A DNA stretch of 32,000 nucleotides from Zymomonas mobilis subsp. mobilis ATCC 10988 (GTDB lineage: Bacteria; Pseudomonadota; Alphaproteobacteria; Sphingomonadales; Sphingomonadaceae): positions 1,020,001 to 1,052,000 of the forward strand of contig NC_017262.1 of assembly GCF_000175255.2 (NCBI RefSeq). Reading direction: 5' to 3'. Made by a program: the position numbers and the translations under genes. Shown one piece after another: positions 8,053 to 17,109 of this stretch. Within the stretch, counting starts at the first letter, position 1; every line of letters begins with the position of its first letter. The notes beneath the pieces were generated by a model, which searched no databases, was not told the origin of the DNA, and saw only the letters and a list, made by a program, of their open reading frames with translations.

Positions 8053-10101
8053 ATGAATTGCCTTATGAAGCTTTTGGTAACGCCAGAGTGGCTATATCGG
8101 AACCTCGCTAACCCAAGGTTACATGTTATTGATGCAGGGAGCTATCCGCCAGACGTCGATACCAAGGCTTATGATGAATATTGTAAGGCGCATATTCCGG
8201 GGGCGCTTTTTCTTGATAACCATCTTTTAAAAGATCAAAATGCACCCTTACCGCGCATGGTGCCAAGCCTCGAAAAAGTTGAATATGAATTCGGGCGGTT
8301 GGGATTAGATCCCGACGATATGATCGTTATTTACGATAATTTATCTTTACCTTCGGCTGCCAGAGCATGGTGGCTGTTTATGTTGCATGAATATCGTCAT
8401 GTGATGATTTTGGATGGCGGCTTCGCCCGTTGGAAAGCTGAGCGTTTGCCCGTTGAAAGCGGCGCGGCGATCGCGCCTTCTCCGATTATATTGCAGCTTT
8501 CTCGCAATGAAGCGCTCATTCGCACCCGTAATCAGGTAATGCATAATATCGCTTCCGGGCATGAAGTGGTTGTCGATGCCCGTGCGCCCAAAGTCTTTAG
8601 TGGCGAAGCTGTTGCCAATCCGGCACTTGCCCCCGGTCATATCCCGCATAGTCTTAATTTGCCTTATGAAGAAATGCTGGATGCCAATGGTTGCTGGAAA
8701 ACGCCGACGAAAATCGAGAAGGCTTTTGTCAGCAATCGGATAAATCTTGAGCAGCCTTTATTATTCACCTGTGGTGCAGGGCGAACGGCTCCAGCCTTGT
8801 TATTTGCTGCCCGTCTTTTAGGAAAAAGAGATGTATCCCTTTATGATGGGTCATGGGAAGAATGGGGCAGCGATCCTGATACACCCAAAGAAACGGGGCC
8901 TGCCTTCCGTGAATCGACCCGTCTGATAACAGCGGGTCGCCGTCGTGAATGGGTGCGCGGGAAAGGTGGGTCAGTTGTTAACCCACCTGTCTGGCGCGCT
9001 TCGACTATTCTGTTCGATTCTGTTGAAGATTTAAGAGAAGCCTCAAGCCATCCTGATGACCAGCTTTATTATGGTCGTCGTGGCACCCCGACCCAATGGG
9101 CATTGAGTGAGGCTTTGACAGAATTGCATCCCGGCGCAGAAGCGACGATGCTGTATCCATCAGGTGTGGCCGCTTTATCCATGGCTTTATTAAGTGCTTT
9201 GGAAGCCGGCGATGAGTTATTGATGGTTGATAGTTGTTATGAACCAACCCGCGTTTTTTGTGATACCGTTTTGAAAGCGCAGGGAATCAATGTCACTTAT
9301 TATGATCCGTTAATTGGGCAAGACATTGAACAGCTGTTTACCCCGCAGACACGGGCTATTTTTATGGAAAGCCCAGGAAGTCTGACCTTTGAAGTGCAAG
9401 ACATCCCCGGTATTTGCGAAGTTGCCCATCGCTATTCTATTACGACCATTCTTGATAATACTTGGGCTACGCCTTTATTCTTTCCTGCGATTGAGCGGGG
9501 CATTGATCTATCAGTGATGGCCTGCACCAAATATATTACGGGTCATTCTGATACGATGATGGGATCAGTGACAGCTATTCCTAGTCATATTGATAAATTA
9601 AAGCGGATTAGCAATCTATTCGGGCAATATGTCAGCCCAGATGACGCCAATTCTGCCCTTAAGGGGTTGAGGACTTTGGAAGTCAGGCTGAAAGCGCATG
9701 AGAAAAATGCCCTTAAAGTCGCCAAATGGTTGAGCGAACAGCCGGAAGTAGCTTGGGTATTACACCCAGCCTTGTCTTCTTGTCCGGGGCATGAATTCTG
9801 GCATCGGGATTTTAAAGGTTCATCCGGTTTGTTTAGCTTTGTCCTTGAAGGGGGCGATGACCGCGACCGCACGGCTTTGATTGATAGCCTTGAACATTTT
9901 GGTATCGGTTTTTCATGGGGCGGCTATGAAAGTTTAGCTTTGCCGGTTGATCCGCAGCCAATACGGACGGCGGCCAGTTGGCAGGCGGCTGGCCCTGTTG
10001 TCCGTTTACATATCGGTTTGGAAGATCCCGATGACCTGATTGAAGATCTGGCTTTTGGATTGAAACGCTTTAAGGCTTCGAGAGATCAATCCGGCTTTTA
10101 G
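8053..10101 (+). CDS. Fusion protein: tandem-rhodanese sulfurtransferase (SseA/3-MST-like) joined to cystathionine beta-lyase (MetC-like, PLP)
   Basis: The N-terminal ~280 aa form two rhodanese domains with active-site loop FTCGAGRT (Cys codon 8770-8772). From about 8905 the sequence is a Cys/Met-metabolism PLP enzyme (RLITAGR..., YGRRGTPT, PLP-Lys in ACTKYITGHSD at 9529-9531). It is a single uninterrupted frame. The start is ambiguous: ATG 8053 or 8065, with the track using GTG 7981. Confidence 0.85.
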   Translation: MNCLMKLLVTPEWLYRNLANPRLHVIDAGSYPPDVDTKAYDEYCKAHIPGALFLDNHLLKDQNAPLPRMVPSLEKVEYEFGRLGLDPDDMIVIYDNLSLPSAARAWWLFMLHEYRHVMILDGGFARWKAERLPVESGAAIAPSPIILQLSRNEALIRTRNQVMHNIASGHEVVVDARAPKVFSGEAVANPALAPGHIPHSLNLPYEEMLDANGCWKTPTKIEKAFVSNRINLEQPLLFTCGAGRTAPALLFAARLLGKRDVSLYDGSWEEWGSDPDTPKETGPAFRESTRLITAGRRREWVRGKGGSVVNPPVWRASTILFDSVEDLREASSHPDDQLYYGRRGTPTQWALSEALTELHPGAEATMLYPSGVAALSMALLSALEAGDELLMVDSCYEPTRVFCDTVLKAQGINVTYYDPLIGQDIEQLFTPQTRAIFMESPGSLTFEVQDIPGICEVAHRYSITTILDNTWATPLFFPAIERGIDLSVMACTKYITGHSDTMMGSVTAIPSHIDKLKRISNLFGQYVSPDDANSALKGLRTLEVRLKAHEKNALKVAKWLSEQPEVAWVLHPALSSCPGHEFWHRDFKGSSGLFSFVLEGGDDRDRTALIDSLEHFGIGFSWGGYESLALPVDPQPIRTAASWQAAGPVVRLHIGLEDPDDLIEDLAFGLKRFKASRDQSGF

Positions 10102-10125
10102 CCCAAAATTCCCCTTAAAATATAG

Positions 10126-10161
10126 TTTCCGGCTTGTTATTCTTTAAAAACAAGCCGGAAA
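10126..10161 (+). other. Perfect 13-bp stem-loop downstream of the fusion gene (possible terminator or RNA-processing site, no U-tract)
   Basis: TTTCCGGCTTGTT (10126-10138) pairs with AACAAGCCGGAAA (10149-10161) around a 10-nt loop. It is followed by CAGGCTTTCC, not a T-run. Confidence 0.45.
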
Positions 10162-10256
10162 CAGGCTTTCCAACCTCTGACAGGATCGTTAGAGAGAAAA
10201 GCAATAAAGCCTGTTTTAGGTTTAATTTTTTCCTTTTTAGTAATCGCGAGACCGAC

Positions 10257-10820
10257 ATGAAAATCAGTGGCGTCGATATTCGGCCCGGCAATATTCTTGA
10301 ATATGAAGGTGGCCTGTGGCGGGCTGCGAAAATCCAGCACACCCAGCCCGGTAAGGGCGGGGCCTATATGCAGGTTGAAATGAAAAACCTGATTGACGGA
10401 CGGAAAACCAATGTCCGTTTCCGTTCGGCTGAAACCGTAGAGCGGGTACGTCTGGATACCAAAGATTTTCAATATCTGTTCGCCGATGGTGACATGCTGA
10501 CCTTTATGGACAAAGAAACCTATGAACAGATTTCTTTGCCGAAAGATTTGTTGGGTGATGCCGTCGCTTTCTTGCAGGACGGCATGGATGTCGTCATGGA
10601 ATTATATGAAGAAAAACCGATTTCGGTTCAGCTGCCTGAACAGGTAGAAGCCGAAATTGTTGAAGCCGATGCGGTGGTTAAAGGTCAGACGGCTTCTTCT
10701 TCCTATAAGCCTGCCATTTTGGATAACGGCGTTCGCGTGATGGTTCCGCCTCATATCACGGCTGGAACGCGGATTATCGTTGATGTGAACACCCAAGAAT
10801 ATGTGAAGCGGGCAGACTAA
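10257..10820 (+). CDS. efp: Elongation factor P
   Basis: It begins [25 protein letters not shown]... and has a Lys-type loop QPGKGGAY. 187 aa from ATG 10257. The track's upstream extension from 10134 runs through the hairpin and is unlikely. Confidence 0.93.
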   Translation: MKISGVDIRPGNILEYEGGLWRAAKIQHTQPGKGGAYMQVEMKNLIDGRKTNVRFRSAETVERVRLDTKDFQYLFADGDMLTFMDKETYEQISLPKDLLGDAVAFLQDGMDVVMELYEEKPISVQLPEQVEAEIVEADAVVKGQTASSSYKPAILDNGVRVMVPPHITAGTRIIVDVNTQEYVKRAD

Positions 10821-11635
10821 TGGCAGCACCTGGTCTTATTTCTATTATGGAGCGCGCTGCACGTAAGGCAGCGCCGCTTCTGAGACGTGATTTCGGTGAA
10901 GTTCAGCATTTGCAGGTCAGCCGTAAAGGCCCCGCTGATTTCGTTTCGATCGCTGATAAGCGGTCGGAGAACACCATTTATGAAATCCTGAAACATGCCC
11001 GCCCCGATTGGGGTTTCTTGGGTGAAGAAACCGGCGCTATCCCAGGTGATCCGACCAAACCGCGTTGGATTGTTGATCCCTTGGATGGCACCTCTAACTT
11101 TCTTCATGCGATTCCGCATTTTGCTGTTTCGATTGCGGTTGAAGAACCGCGTCCCGATGGCACGGGTGAAATCACCCAAGCCTTGGTTTATCAGCCAATT
11201 ACCGACGAAAGTTTTTGGGCTGAAAAAGGCCGTGGGGCATGGTTGCATGACAGCCGTATTCGCGTTTCTTCCCGTCGTAATTTGAATGAAGCTTTGATCG
11301 CAACGGGTATTCCCTTTGCCGGTCATGGTAATTTCGATCAGTGGGAAGCTATTTTCCGCCAGATTTCACCAGAAGTCGCAGGCACCCGTCGTTTTGGTGC
11401 TGCCGCCCTTGATTTGGCATGGGTCGCGGCCGGTCGTTTCGACGCCTATTGGGAATCAGAGATTTATCCTTGGGATGTCGCTGCTGGTATGTTGTTGGTT
11501 CGCGAAGCGGGCGGTTTTGTAACCGATTTCCGTGGCGGTGATAAGCCAATTGAACGGCGCGAATTTTTGGCAGCCAATAGCGGTTTGCATTCTAAACTGC
11601 ATCGTTTGGTCGCAACGGCTTTAAAAAATATCTAA
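10820..11635 (+). CDS. suhB: Inositol monophosphatase family protein (SuhB-like)
   Basis: IMPase motifs are present: WIVDPLDGTSNF and YPWDVAAGMLLVREAGG. The ATG overlaps the efp TAA by 1 nt (TAATG). Confidence 0.88.
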   Translation: MAAPGLISIMERAARKAAPLLRRDFGEVQHLQVSRKGPADFVSIADKRSENTIYEILKHARPDWGFLGEETGAIPGDPTKPRWIVDPLDGTSNFLHAIPHFAVSIAVEEPRPDGTGEITQALVYQPITDESFWAEKGRGAWLHDSRIRVSSRRNLNEALIATGIPFAGHGNFDQWEAIFRQISPEVAGTRRFGAAALDLAWVAAGRFDAYWESEIYPWDVAAGMLLVREAGGFVTDFRGGDKPIERREFLAANSGLHSKLHRLVATALKNI

Positions 11636-11664
11636 AGGTAAAGGATTCTCTTTATCTTGAGAAA

Positions 11665-11708
11665 AGACGGTAGCAGGGAAGGTTCTTTGCTGCCGTTTTT
11701 TTATTTTT
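11665..11708 (+). terminator. Rho-independent terminator after suhB
   Basis: AGACGGTAGCAG pairs with TTGCTGCCGTTT (one G-U pair). A long T-rich run follows (TTTTTTTTATTTTTTT). Confidence 0.75.
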
Positions 11709-12080
11709 TTATCTATTTTAAGAAATAAAGCCGAGTCGTCTGTTGCCTTTGTTTTTGGCTTTTTATCATTGCTTGAGCCTTGGCATTTCTTGCTGAAAAA
11801 CAAAATTTATGAAGTCGGGTTCCTGTCCAAAAGATAAAACGTGCTGACGACACGATAAAAGACATTTTTTTGTTATTCCCGAAATCACTAAAATCATCTT
11901 ATGATGCCAGTTATCATCTGAAAATCTTTTTCGAGCTTTTCGGGTAAAAGTTTTTCCCCATATTTTCGTAACACTTTGTCAATATTTTTGTGACAAATTT
12001 GGAAAATGTATCGGTTTATTCCCGCCTAATTTCAGGAGGAGAAACCGGACTGGCGTTATTGTAAGGATTGAGGTGGCGAA

Positions 12081-12677
12081 ATGAAAAGAAAGCTTGGTCG
12101 TCGCCAGTTATTAACTGGCTTTGTTGCCCTTGGCGGTATGGCGATTACAGCTGGTAAGGCGCAGGCTTCTTTACATCAGCCGGGATCTGATTTTCTTCAT
12201 TGGGGTAATGTCAAAGAAAAGCGGTTAGCTTTTCGGAATGTTCATACAAATGAACGCATTGATGCCCGTTTCTTTGGTAAACATGGTTATGATGATGAAG
12301 GACTGGCCGAAATCAATCACGCTTTAAGAGATTGGCGAACCGGTGATATTACCGAAGTCGATACCGATCTTTTAAATTTGTTGGTTAAAATTCGCGACCG
12401 TCTAGACATCTCTGCTAACCAGCCTTTTGATCTTATTTGCGGTTATCGTTCTCCCATCACAAATCGTCGTTTGCATGAGCGTCGTGGACGCCATAGCGGC
12501 GTTGCTGTCCATAGTCAGCATTTATTGGGTAAAGCGACCGATATTGCTATGCCGGGGGTTTCTTTGAACCATCTGCGTATGGCCGCCGAATTCGATCAGC
12601 AAGGGGGTGTCGGCTATTATCCCGAAGATGGTTTTATCCATGTTGATACGGGACCTGTTCGGAGTTGGATGGGCTAA
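12081..12677 (+). CDS. Tat-exported DUF882/YcbK-type peptidase M15A (MepK-like murein peptidase)
   Basis: It has a twin-arginine signal (GRRQLLTGFVALGGMAITAGKAQA). It also carries the GYRSPITN motif and zinc ligands in SQHLLGKATDI and FIHVDTG. Confidence 0.8.
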   Translation: MKRKLGRRQLLTGFVALGGMAITAGKAQASLHQPGSDFLHWGNVKEKRLAFRNVHTNERIDARFFGKHGYDDEGLAEINHALRDWRTGDITEVDTDLLNLLVKIRDRLDISANQPFDLICGYRSPITNRRLHERRGRHSGVAVHSQHLLGKATDIAMPGVSLNHLRMAAEFDQQGGVGYYPEDGFIHVDTGPVRSWMG

Positions 12678-12698
12678 TTCCTGAAATATAGCCTATAA

Positions 12699-12731
12699 TA
12701 AAGCCTGAGTGTAAAAACTCAGGCTTTTTTT
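12699..12731. terminator. Bidirectional terminator between convergent genes
   Basis: AAGCCTGAG (12701-12709) pairs with CTCAGGCTT (12718-12726). TTTTTTT lies to the right and an A-rich run to the left. Confidence 0.8.
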
Positions 12732-12741
12732 GTTTTTCATT

Positions 12742-13458
12742 TTAAGCGATTTCGCCTTTGACCGCCTGATCGAGCACTGTATTGAAATGGGCAACCGCTT
12801 TGTCTTCGCCTTCTTTCGCTTTCCAAATACCGGCGCAGACGGCGACAAAATCAGCACCAGCTTTGACGATAGGCGCTACATTCTCGGTTGTGATGCCTCC
12901 AATAGCGACAGAAGGCAGTTCAAAAAGAGTTGCCCACCATGACAGAATTTCAGGACGCGCATAGTAGCGGACATCTTTGCTGGTCGTCGGGTAAAATGCC
13001 CCAAAAGCGACATAATCTGCCCCTTTTTCACCGGCAATCATCGCGAGATGACGGCTATTGTGACAGGTAACCCCGATTTGTGCCGAAGGTCCCAGAATGA
13101 CACGAGCTTCAGCGGCATCACCGTCACCTTGCCCCAGATGAACCCCGTCGGCACCCAGCCTTTTGGCGAGAGAAACGCTATCATTGACGATAAAGGCAAC
13201 ATCTCTATCGGCACATACCTTTTGTAGAGGTTCAGCCAGTCGGGCGATGGCATGTTCATTTAGACCTTTTAATCGGAGTTGAAAGGCCGAAACATCGCCT
13301 CCGTCAAAGGCTTTTTTTAATCTTTCAACGAAATGCTCATCTATTTCCGGCGGAGAAATAAGATAGAGGCCGCAGGGATTCTCAGATGGCCGTTGATAAT
13401 TATTAGTGAAGGCATCCAGTGCTTCATCATTATCGGTCAAAATTTCATTTTCTGCCAT
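12742..13458 (-). CDS. thiE: Thiamine-phosphate synthase
   Basis: It contains GLYLISPP, GADGVHLGQ, GADYVAFGAFYPTTSK and VAIGGI motifs. There is an N-terminal extension of about 30 aa. Confidence 0.88.
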   Translation of the reverse strand: MAENEILTDNDEALDAFTNNYQRPSENPCGLYLISPPEIDEHFVERLKKAFDGGDVSAFQLRLKGLNEHAIARLAEPLQKVCADRDVAFIVNDSVSLAKRLGADGVHLGQGDGDAAEARVILGPSAQIGVTCHNSRHLAMIAGEKGADYVAFGAFYPTTSKDVRYYARPEILSWWATLFELPSVAIGGITTENVAPIVKAGADFVAVCAGIWKAKEGEDKAVAHFNTVLDQAVKGEIA

Positions 13459-13846
13459 TATGCTTCCTTTGTGCCATATATCGGCCTTGCTTGATGATAG
13501 CTTTTAGCAAAATAATCACCGGTTGCGCAGTATTTAAAGCATTATTTCGCTATCGACCTTCTATCTTTTGTTGCAAATTAGCGGTTGCGATACCGCCTGA
13601 CATAGCTATTTACGGGAATGATTATAATCCTTGTCATAAGGCCTTATAAACAAGAGCATTATAACCGTGATGATAGTGTTTAAATACTTTTGAAATTTTA
13701 TTATCTGGACAATACTTTATACCCTGTCCCTTTTGATTATCGGTATTTTCTGTTTCGCCGTAATAATGAATATGTTTTGAGGGGGCTATCTGTCCTGATA
13801 GGAAAAGCACGAACCGGAAAAGCGCAAGAGGAAAGGCCGAAATATA

Positions 13847-14632
13847 ATGTCAGCTAAAAACGCTTATTTCATCGTTTTTGCGAATGAGAAGGGGGGCTCG
13901 GGAAAGTCAACGACAGCGGTTCATGTCGCGGTGGCGTTGAGCGCTAAAGGCCTGAAAGTGGCGGCTGTTGATCTTGATACACGTCAGCGGACTTTTGCCC
14001 GTTATATGGAAAATCGTGTCGAAAGCGTAAAGCGGATTGGCATGGATTTGCCGACCCCTGAGACGAAAGTTTTTGATCCCGACAGCGGGGACGACCTGAA
14101 TCTTTTGCTGGATGAGCTTTCCCAGAATTATGATTTTGTTATTGTTGATACGCCAGGACGTCATTCTTCCGATATCCGCTCGGCACTTGAAAGAGCGGAT
14201 AGTTTGGTAACGCCTATCAATGATAGCTTTGTCGACCTTGATCTGATTGGTCAGGTTGATCCTGAAAGTTATCATATCAAACGTCCCAGCTTTTATGCAG
14301 AATTGGTTTGGGAAGCGCGGAAAGCTCGCGGAAAACGCGACGGCAAAACGGTTGACTGGATTGTGTTAAGAAATCGGCTTCAGCATTTGGAAGCGCGGAA
14401 TATGCGCCATGTCGCTTCTGCTATGACTGAATTATCGAAGCGCGTTGGTTTCCGTATTATTTCAGGATTGAGCGAGCGAGTTATTTATCGTGAGCTGTTC
14501 TTAAAAGGTTTAACGCTGTTAGATGTTAAGGCTTTGGGTCGTGCCGGATTGGGGCATGTGGCAGCCAGACAGGAATTAAGAGACTTGATTGCAGGCTTGA
14601 AATTATCAATCCCAGATCCGAAAAAAGCCTGA
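13847..14632 (+). CDS. mipZ: MipZ-type ParA-family ATPase (division-plane positioning)
   Basis: It has the deviant Walker A NEKGGSGKST. Long collinear similarity to Caulobacter MipZ as I recall it includes DLDxRQRTxARxxENR, DTPG, PxNDSFVDxDxxGxVDP, DWxVLRNRL..EARN and RVGFRI..GL.xRVIYRELF. Confidence 0.8.
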   Translation: MSAKNAYFIVFANEKGGSGKSTTAVHVAVALSAKGLKVAAVDLDTRQRTFARYMENRVESVKRIGMDLPTPETKVFDPDSGDDLNLLLDELSQNYDFVIVDTPGRHSSDIRSALERADSLVTPINDSFVDLDLIGQVDPESYHIKRPSFYAELVWEARKARGKRDGKTVDWIVLRNRLQHLEARNMRHVASAMTELSKRVGFRIISGLSERVIYRELFLKGLTLLDVKALGRAGLGHVAARQELRDLIAGLKLSIPDPKKA

Positions 14633-14728
14633 TGGGTGTGGGTTGGTAAAGATAATTTTAAGATATCGGATGGTAATCAAGAATAACAAAGATATTTTTT
14701 GGCCAGATGGGAGCATGGCTTTAATTTC

Positions 14729-15403
14729 ATGCAGATTTTAACGCTATTAGCTTTGGCCTTGGCCTTGTGGAGTTGGTGCCGTCCGGTGGCAGCCGCTCTT
14801 CGTATTGGTGATTTAGCGGCCTTAATCGCTGGTCTTGGGGGCTTTTCATTGCTGGTAAAGGGGGAGGTGATCCCTGCGGTTATCGCCATCCTTGGCGCTT
14901 CGATCTGGTTTTTAAAACGGCAGAATCATGCTTCTGTGGCAAAAGATCGCGCCAAAAAATATCAGAATTTTCGGGATTCTTTTGCATCTGCTTATAGCAC
15001 ACGTCGGAAGAAAGAGAGCTTTAAGCCTTATAGTCCTTCTAAAAAGCCGGAGAATGATACCGCAAGCCGTTTTCAGAACACCGCCTCCCCAAAAAGCGGA
15101 GCGGCTTATTCTACCAGCAGGGGAAAGCCTTATCCTTCGGCACAAAAGGCAACAGTGGCTCCACCTTCTAAAGCGGACAAACGCGCCGATATCATCAATC
15201 GTATTCAGAAAATCGGTATCCCACAAAATAGAAGTGATGCTTTGAAATTATTGGGCTTGAACGAACAAGCTGACAAAATTTCTATTAAAAAATCCTATCA
15301 TCAGTTGATTGCTTTGGTTCACCCCGATGCCGGAGGAAGCGAAGAATGGGCGCGGCATGTCAATATTGCCCGCGATATCCTGTTAAAATTCAATGCAGGT
15401 TAA
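14729..15403 (+). CDS. Membrane-anchored J-domain protein (DjlA-like topology)
   Basis: N-terminal hydrophobic segments are followed by a Ser/Lys/Pro-rich linker. The C-terminal J domain carries HPD (LKLLGL...IKKSYHQLIALVHPDAGGS). Likely start is ATG 14729, whereas the track uses TTG 14699. Confidence 0.7.
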   Translation: MQILTLLALALALWSWCRPVAAALRIGDLAALIAGLGGFSLLVKGEVIPAVIAILGASIWFLKRQNHASVAKDRAKKYQNFRDSFASAYSTRRKKESFKPYSPSKKPENDTASRFQNTASPKSGAAYSTSRGKPYPSAQKATVAPPSKADKRADIINRIQKIGIPQNRSDALKLLGLNEQADKISIKKSYHQLIALVHPDAGGSEEWARHVNIARDILLKFNAG

Positions 15404-15543
15404 CGATATTCATTTTAAAAAAAACAAGAAATTCTTTGATAAAAAAAGGATGCCTTTGATTTATTGGGCTTTTTCGGGCAGCTTTTCTTTTCTTGCTGCG
15501 TTATAGCCATCATACAATAGGATTTTCCTGATAGGAGCTTTTA

Positions 15544-16923
15544 ATGTCCCATAAATTTGATCCTACCGTACTGCGTGAATATGATATTCGCGGTATTGTC
15601 GGAGAAACGCTTTCCCCTGATGATGCTTATGCCATTGGTCGAGGATTCGCGACCCGTTTGCGGCGGGCTGGTGGTCGTCGGATTGCGGTGGGATATGATG
15701 GCCGCACCTCTTCTCCGGCTTTAAAAGATGCCTTGATTAAAGGGTTGACCGAAGCGGGTGTTGATGTCGTCAATATCGGTTTGGCTTCGACCCCTATGCT
15801 GTATTTTGCCGAAGCAACCTTGGATGTTGATGGTGGTATCCAGATTACGGGTAGCCATAATCCGGCAGAATATAATGGCTTCAAAATGGTCTTGAAGCAT
15901 AATTCTTTCTTTGGAAAAGATATCCGCGATATTGGTGAGCTGGCCGCTAAAAGTGACTGGGAAGAAGGCAAGGGCAGTGTCGAAACCGCCGATATTATGG
16001 ATGCCTATGTTGACCGTTTGGCACAGGGCTATGAAGGCGGCGAATATCGCATTGGTTGGGATGCCGGTAATGGTGTCGGCGGCCCTGTTCTTGAGAAGCT
16101 GATTAAAAAATTACCGGGTGAGCATCACGTTATTTATACGGATGTTGATGGTCGTTTCCCGAACCATCATCCCGACCCAACGGTTGAATCCAACCTTGCT
16201 GACCTGAAAGCCTTGGTCAAAAAAGAAAAACTTGATTTTGGTTTTGCCTTTGACGGCGATGCTGATCGCATCGGAGCCGTCGATAGTGAAGGACATGTGA
16301 TCTGGGGTGACCAGATTTTGGCTATCCTTTCTGCGCCCGTTCTGAAGCGTCATCCCGGCGGCACCATCATTGCCGATGTGAAAGCCAGTCAGGCTTTGTT
16401 TGATCGGGTAGCTGAATTGGGTGGTAAACCCTTGATGGGACGCACGGGTCATTCTTTGATTAAAACTTTGATGAAAGAAACCCATTCACCTTTGGCTGGT
16501 GAAATGAGCGGCCATATTTTCTTTGCCGATCAGTGGTTCGGTTTTGATGACGGTATCTATGCCGCGGTGCGGATGATCGGGGCTGTCCATCAGATGGGTG
16601 GTTCTTTGACTCAAATCCGTAAAGATATGCCGAAAATGGTCAATACACCGGAATTACGCTTTCAGGCTTCTGAAACCCGCAAATTCCAAGTAATTGGCGA
16701 AGTGCTGGGGCGTTTGACCGCTGCCGATGCCAAGATCAACACAATTGATGGTGTCCGCGTTACTAATGATGATGGTTGGTGGCTGTTGCGGGCTTCCAAT
16801 ACCCAAGATGTTCTGGTCGCTCGTGCTGAAGGACGCGATCAGGCGGCTTTGGATCGTTTGGTCAGCCAGCTGAATGACCAGCTGAAACAATCTGGGATTG
16901 AGCCGGTCACAACGACCCATTGA
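15544..16923 (+). CDS. Phosphomannomutase/phosphoglucomutase (alpha-D-phosphohexomutase)
   Basis: It has the active-site Ser loop TGSHNPAEYNG, the Mg site FDGDADR, and the sugar-binding loop GEMSGH. Confidence 0.92.
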   Translation: MSHKFDPTVLREYDIRGIVGETLSPDDAYAIGRGFATRLRRAGGRRIAVGYDGRTSSPALKDALIKGLTEAGVDVVNIGLASTPMLYFAEATLDVDGGIQITGSHNPAEYNGFKMVLKHNSFFGKDIRDIGELAAKSDWEEGKGSVETADIMDAYVDRLAQGYEGGEYRIGWDAGNGVGGPVLEKLIKKLPGEHHVIYTDVDGRFPNHHPDPTVESNLADLKALVKKEKLDFGFAFDGDADRIGAVDSEGHVIWGDQILAILSAPVLKRHPGGTIIADVKASQALFDRVAELGGKPLMGRTGHSLIKTLMKETHSPLAGEMSGHIFFADQWFGFDDGIYAAVRMIGAVHQMGGSLTQIRKDMPKMVNTPELRFQASETRKFQVIGEVLGRLTAADAKINTIDGVRVTNDDGWWLLRASNTQDVLVARAEGRDQAALDRLVSQLNDQLKQSGIEPVTTTH

Positions 16924-16947
16924 TTTTGATGAATGTCTAAAAGAAAG

Positions 16948-16976
16948 AGGCAGCCATTTATCTGGCTGCCTTTTTT
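16948..16976 (+). terminator. Rho-independent terminator
   Basis: AGGCAGCCA (16948-16956) pairs with TGGCTGCCT (16963-16971), followed by TTTTTT. Confidence 0.8.
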
Positions 16977-17109
16977 ATAAAGGGATTAAGCTTGCTCAAA
17001 TTTTTTCAGAATTAGAAAATAGCCTATATTTGGGAGCTGTTCTTAATTGATGCAGTCTTATTTTGGGTTAGATTGAGATCAGAAAAATCTAAGAGCCTGG
17101 AGAGATGTC

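Noticed and set aside
7990-8060. Possible SAM-II riboswitch upstream of the metC fusion (CGCTATTTTTTT / TCGCTTAAAG segments)
   Set aside because: The conserved AAAGCU element is absent, and I could not draw the pseudoknot. I treat it as chance similarity, which a cmsearch with RF00521 could confirm.
10134-10256. Track N-terminal extensions (efp from 10134, folA from 1506, metC fusion from 7981, ParB-like from 27197, lipoprotein from 6853)
   Set aside because: The extensions start at TTG or GTG codons and encode non-conserved, low-complexity leaders. For efp the extension also crosses a 13-bp hairpin. Internal ATG or GTG starts with better SD context and family-typical N-termini are preferred.
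13459-13700. Possible TPP riboswitch upstream of thiE (minus strand)
   Set aside because: I read the reverse complement and found neither the CUGAGA box nor the ACCUGAUCUGGAUAAUGCCAGCG-like core. Only a short GCGGT/ACCGC hairpin is present. A cmsearch with RF00059 would settle it.
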